NCBI GenBank assembly: GCA_965112155.1
Contig: OZ218100.1
Direction: 5' to 3' (one strand)
DNA: 64,000 bases
Origin: Podarcis liolepis
Taxonomy: Eukaryota
Positions 60,500-64,000 of the stretch are shown here, in pieces (the first letter of the stretch is position 1; every line of letters starts with the position of its first letter). The notes beneath the pieces are model-generated. The model was given only the letters and a program-made list of their open reading frames with translations, did no database searches and had not been told where the DNA came from. The position numbers were made by a program, and so were the translations under genes.

Positions 60500-61700
60500 T
60501 TCACTTCGCTTCAATTACGCCAAGGCCCCTCTTCTTGCTAGTTCACTTCTCTCAAGAGCCTCGCTCGCTTCCCTCTCCAGCCCTTTCACCCTCCTCTGGT
60601 CCAGCAGGTGGAGCGCCAGCTAAAGCTTCCCACTCCACTCGGGCTACGGGAGCCCATCTTGCTCTTTCGGGGAAGCCTCGGCTGCAGGAGGAGGGCCATA
60701 GCTCAGCGTGCAGCCAATCCGCGCCAGCCCTGCCAGTTAACAGAGCAGAATGGGCTGTAGTTTAGTGTAACAGGAAAGCTGCAAAACAGTGTGGAGTGCT
60801 CTCGGTGCAACATTAAAAAAGAGAGAGAGGAAAACAAGAAAGGGGAAGACGGAGAAGGGCGAGTTTTTGGGTGGTGCTTTTTTTTTTTTTAAGCAACCCA
60901 AACCTCAAAGTTTCCTAACTCTCAACGTGCTCGCTTGCCGGCGCTGGGGTTCGCGCCCTGCAAACGGGGAGCCCCCTGGACTTTTCCCGGGCTGCGGTAA
61001 CACACTATTGTTTGCGGGTCTCCCCTCCCCCCCTCCCCGAAATATGGCAAAGGTTCAGGTGAACAACGTCGTGGTGCTGGACAACCCTTCTCCTTTCTAC
61101 AACCCTTTCCAGTTCGAGATCACGTTCGAGTGCATCGAGGACTTATCCGAAGGTGAGTTTGCCCGGGGTGGATTTTTCGCCCCCTCGGCGCTGACCAAGC
61201 CCTTTCGGGCTATTTCCCTTCCCAGGCTTAAAGTTTGCAAAGGCCTCGCTGCTGCTGCTGCTCCCTCTCCTCCTCCACCTCCTCTGCATCTGGCATGATG
61301 GAAGGACGGTGGGCTTTGCAGCCGCCGCCGCCTCCTTCTCTCCCACCCAACCCGGCAGCGCCCGCACGGTGCGCCCAGCTTCTCCGGTCTTCCGCTCGCG
61401 AGGAAGGGAAGCCTTTAAGTTGCAAGGAACTTGTTTGAGCGCTGGGAGCAGCCATGTTGCCAGCATTGTGCTGCTGCCGCTGCTGCTGGTATGTGTTGGA
61501 GGGGGCGGCGGGGCGCGTACGCGAGAGAAGGAGGGCTCAACGGAAACACCTCGCACGCTTCGGGTTTTGGTGGCGGGAGGCGAGCCGGGAGTGGCTCAAC
61601 TACCCAGTGCAAAGGAACCAAAGGGGTGCTACAGATGGGCGGGGGGGGGGCCGCTGAGAACACCTGCAAGTTAAGTGGTTTCCACTCATCAGCTTTTAGT
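60500..61700 (+). promoter_or_regulatory. ASF1A: ASF1A CpG-island promoter region
   Basis: CpG-rich stretch around exon 1; CCAAT box at 60714-60718. Confidence 0.75.
61044..61152 (+). CDS. ASF1A: ASF1A histone chaperone, coding exon 1
   Basis: MAKVQVNNVVVLDNPSPFYNPFQFEITFECIEDLSE matches the ASF1A N-terminus; donor G|GTGAGT. Confidence 0.98.
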
Positions 61701-62488
61701 GCTCGCACGAAGGGGTGTGTGTGTGACATGTTTAAAACGCTTTAGGGGAAAAACAACAGAATTTTAACGATGCCTTTTTTAAAAAAGTGTTAAATGGCCT
61801 TAAAAGCACTTCTGGTACTACTTTACGTTTGCATAACTTTTTAATTGTGACACCCCTTTCAGACGGAAGTTCGCTTTGGGGAACGCCCTGGAGGTTTGTA
61901 GTGGGTGTTTTGTTTTTCGTCTGGATAGCCTAATAAGCCTCTCTTCGGACCTCCACCCTTGCCCCCTCCCGGGGTAGTGAGGTCAGCAACACTTTCCCTA
62001 CTAGAGGTAGCTAGCAACTTTTGCCGCCACCCTTCAAAAACGTCTTTGCCCTAGGCGGGCAGGAAGAATTCTTAAAGACTCCTCCAGAACTTGCTATCCT
62101 AACCTACTGTCTAGTGAAGTCCTGTTGAATTCAGCAGGGTTTACTCCCAAGTAACAGGTTAGGGTCTACAGCCTCAACTACTAAATATTACGAAGTCATG
62201 CAGTAATTGAGCAGAATGCTACAGTTGTCTAGAACAACACTTAAAAGTGCTAGTATCAACAAACCTCTTCAAAACTATTTTTCAGTATTGTAAAACATTT
62301 CCTTGGATGTAAATACTAATTATTTTCAGCCAGCCCTGCTGGTTTTCAGTATTTGCTTTCAAATAAATGTAAACATCATCGAGTTAATGTCAACTGGCTT
62401 TACTAATGTTAAGAGGCTACAATGATTTTTGTGTGTTTTATTTTAGGTAAAGCAAAAGTACTAAAAGGTTTTTCTTCTTCTAATGTAG

Positions 62489-62604
62489 ATTTGGAATGGA
62501 AAATTATCTACGTGGGCTCCGCAGAAAGCGAGGAGTACGATCAAGTTCTAGATTCAGTTTTGGTGGGCCCTGTTCCTGCAGGAAGACACATGTTTGTATT
62601 TCAG
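62489..62604 (+). CDS. ASF1A: ASF1A coding exon 2 (116 nt; GC donor)
   Basis: [39 protein letters not shown]; acceptor tgtAG, donor CAG|GCAAGT. Remaining exons lie beyond the window. Confidence 0.96.
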
Positions 62605-64000
62605 GCAAGTCTGCTTTTAAACATTTAGGAAATTCTAAAGCATTGTGTGTGTTTATGTTCAGATGGCTACTTTTGCGACAAGCAGTCACAAATTACAGGT
62701 GACTGAAGTTCAGCACTGCCCTTTGCTTTAAAAGGGTAGCAAATCTAATGTTTAACCCAAGGCTGGACAGCTCTTTCTTTGGGTACTGATTTTTAACCAA
62801 GAACATGGGGACAGACATACCCAAGCGTGTGAGCTATTCATCATAAACAGTAAGTTGGCTCTGCTCTAGAAGAGAGAGAGTTGCTACAGAAAAATCTGTT
62901 CTGGGAATAGAAGGGAGGGAAATACTGTATATGGGGTAATAAATTTAATTTCAGTAGTTTTTCTTTTTTTAGTGTTTTAGAGGAAAGATTTTTCATGCAT
63001 TTTTCATAAATACAGTAACATAAGCTATGCACATGCAATCGTAGGTAATATTTTGGCCATCAGACTTGCAATTGCTCACACTGAGTATGAGTTAGATATC
63101 ACCAAACTTTTCAGGAGAGGCTGTGTGTCCTCCTGCTTTCTGACATGCAAGTGGTGGGTGTGCAAGATACTGACTTCTTTGTAAATGTGCCTGGGCTCTG
63201 GAATTTACAACCCTAGGGGGCCCATCTAGCCCAGTCTCCAAATCATCAAGAGGGCTGTAAAGGAATGTCATTTTTGTAGACGGCTTTTAACATTATCTGA
63301 ACCCATGAGTTAATTGTTATATGTTGCTTCTGGTCACCTCCTTAACTGGTGGCAATATAGATGCATACATAAAATTTGTAGGCCTCATTGGGACCTCTGT
63401 GGAGCCAAAAATCTGCACAGAAATATTAAGAGCACACAATGCTTTTTGGGCGGAGTGTTCTTCAGGAAAGGGGGAAACAAGTGCATTTAGAGGCCACTGA
63501 ACACTGTGTGACTTGCAACTGCAGCACAGATTGCATTTGCTAAGCTAATACACTCTAGTTATGTGCATCTCTCTACAAGGGGATTATTACACAGTCACGT
63601 AGTTGCATTTGTATGTAGCTGGTTTTAACCATGATGTGTTCAAGAAGCCAATGTTTTGTTTCTCCAAAGTTTGGTTTGTTAACCAGTGGCTCTTGCCTTG
63701 TGCCTCTGTAGCTTGGTGTGTGCCTAGTACTAAGCTACTAAGCAGAGCATGGTTAGGTAAGGCTGCTATGTTCAGACATGACAAACCATAGTTAAAACAA
63801 GCTGTGGTTTGTACGCCAACAACAAACTGGCTTCACATAATGATTTGTTGCCAGGAAAAAAATGATTAGTCCGCTGGGCAGGGTTCAGATATTCAAATGA
63901 ACCATGGTTTAACATTATGTGCAGACGAGGTATGTGTGTGTTTATGTAAATAGCTGGGTGAATCCACACAGCTAAAAGCTGTGATGTTTGCTCTTTGGGG

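Noticed and set aside
60789-61298. 169-aa ORF containing ASF1A sequence
   Set aside because: Non-ATG start and read-through into intron 1; the true coding part is 61044-61152.

Overview
Vertebrate genomic DNA, most likely a lacertid lizard (inferred from Sauria/Squam-type SINEs, Penelope remnants and TA-targeting MITEs). Gene order matches the conserved CEP85L-MCM9-ASF1A block: CEP85L exon 1 and its CpG island (minus, about 4.2-5.5 kb), a repeat-rich intergenic region, the last six coding exons of MCM9 (minus, 51.3-57.2 kb), and ASF1A exons 1-2 (plus, 61.0-62.6 kb) nested antisense in an MCM9 intron. The standout is a complete, apparently very young Ty3/Gypsy chromovirus of the Tf1/sushi group (29614-36235, minus) with two 792-bp LTRs identical by eye and an ATATT target-site duplication. 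It has a PEG10-type GGGAAAC slippery site plus pseudoknot and an 11-nt self-priming PBS rather than a tRNA PBS. Its Pol ORF runs about 378 aa past the chromodomain, through the PPT and all of U3, and stops inside R; this acidic tail carries an FxGF motif. Two minimal Penelope-type hammerhead ribozymes are also visible, one sense-oriented in an MCM9 intron inside a perfect 69-bp inverted repeat. All calls were made by eye; no searches or folding were run.
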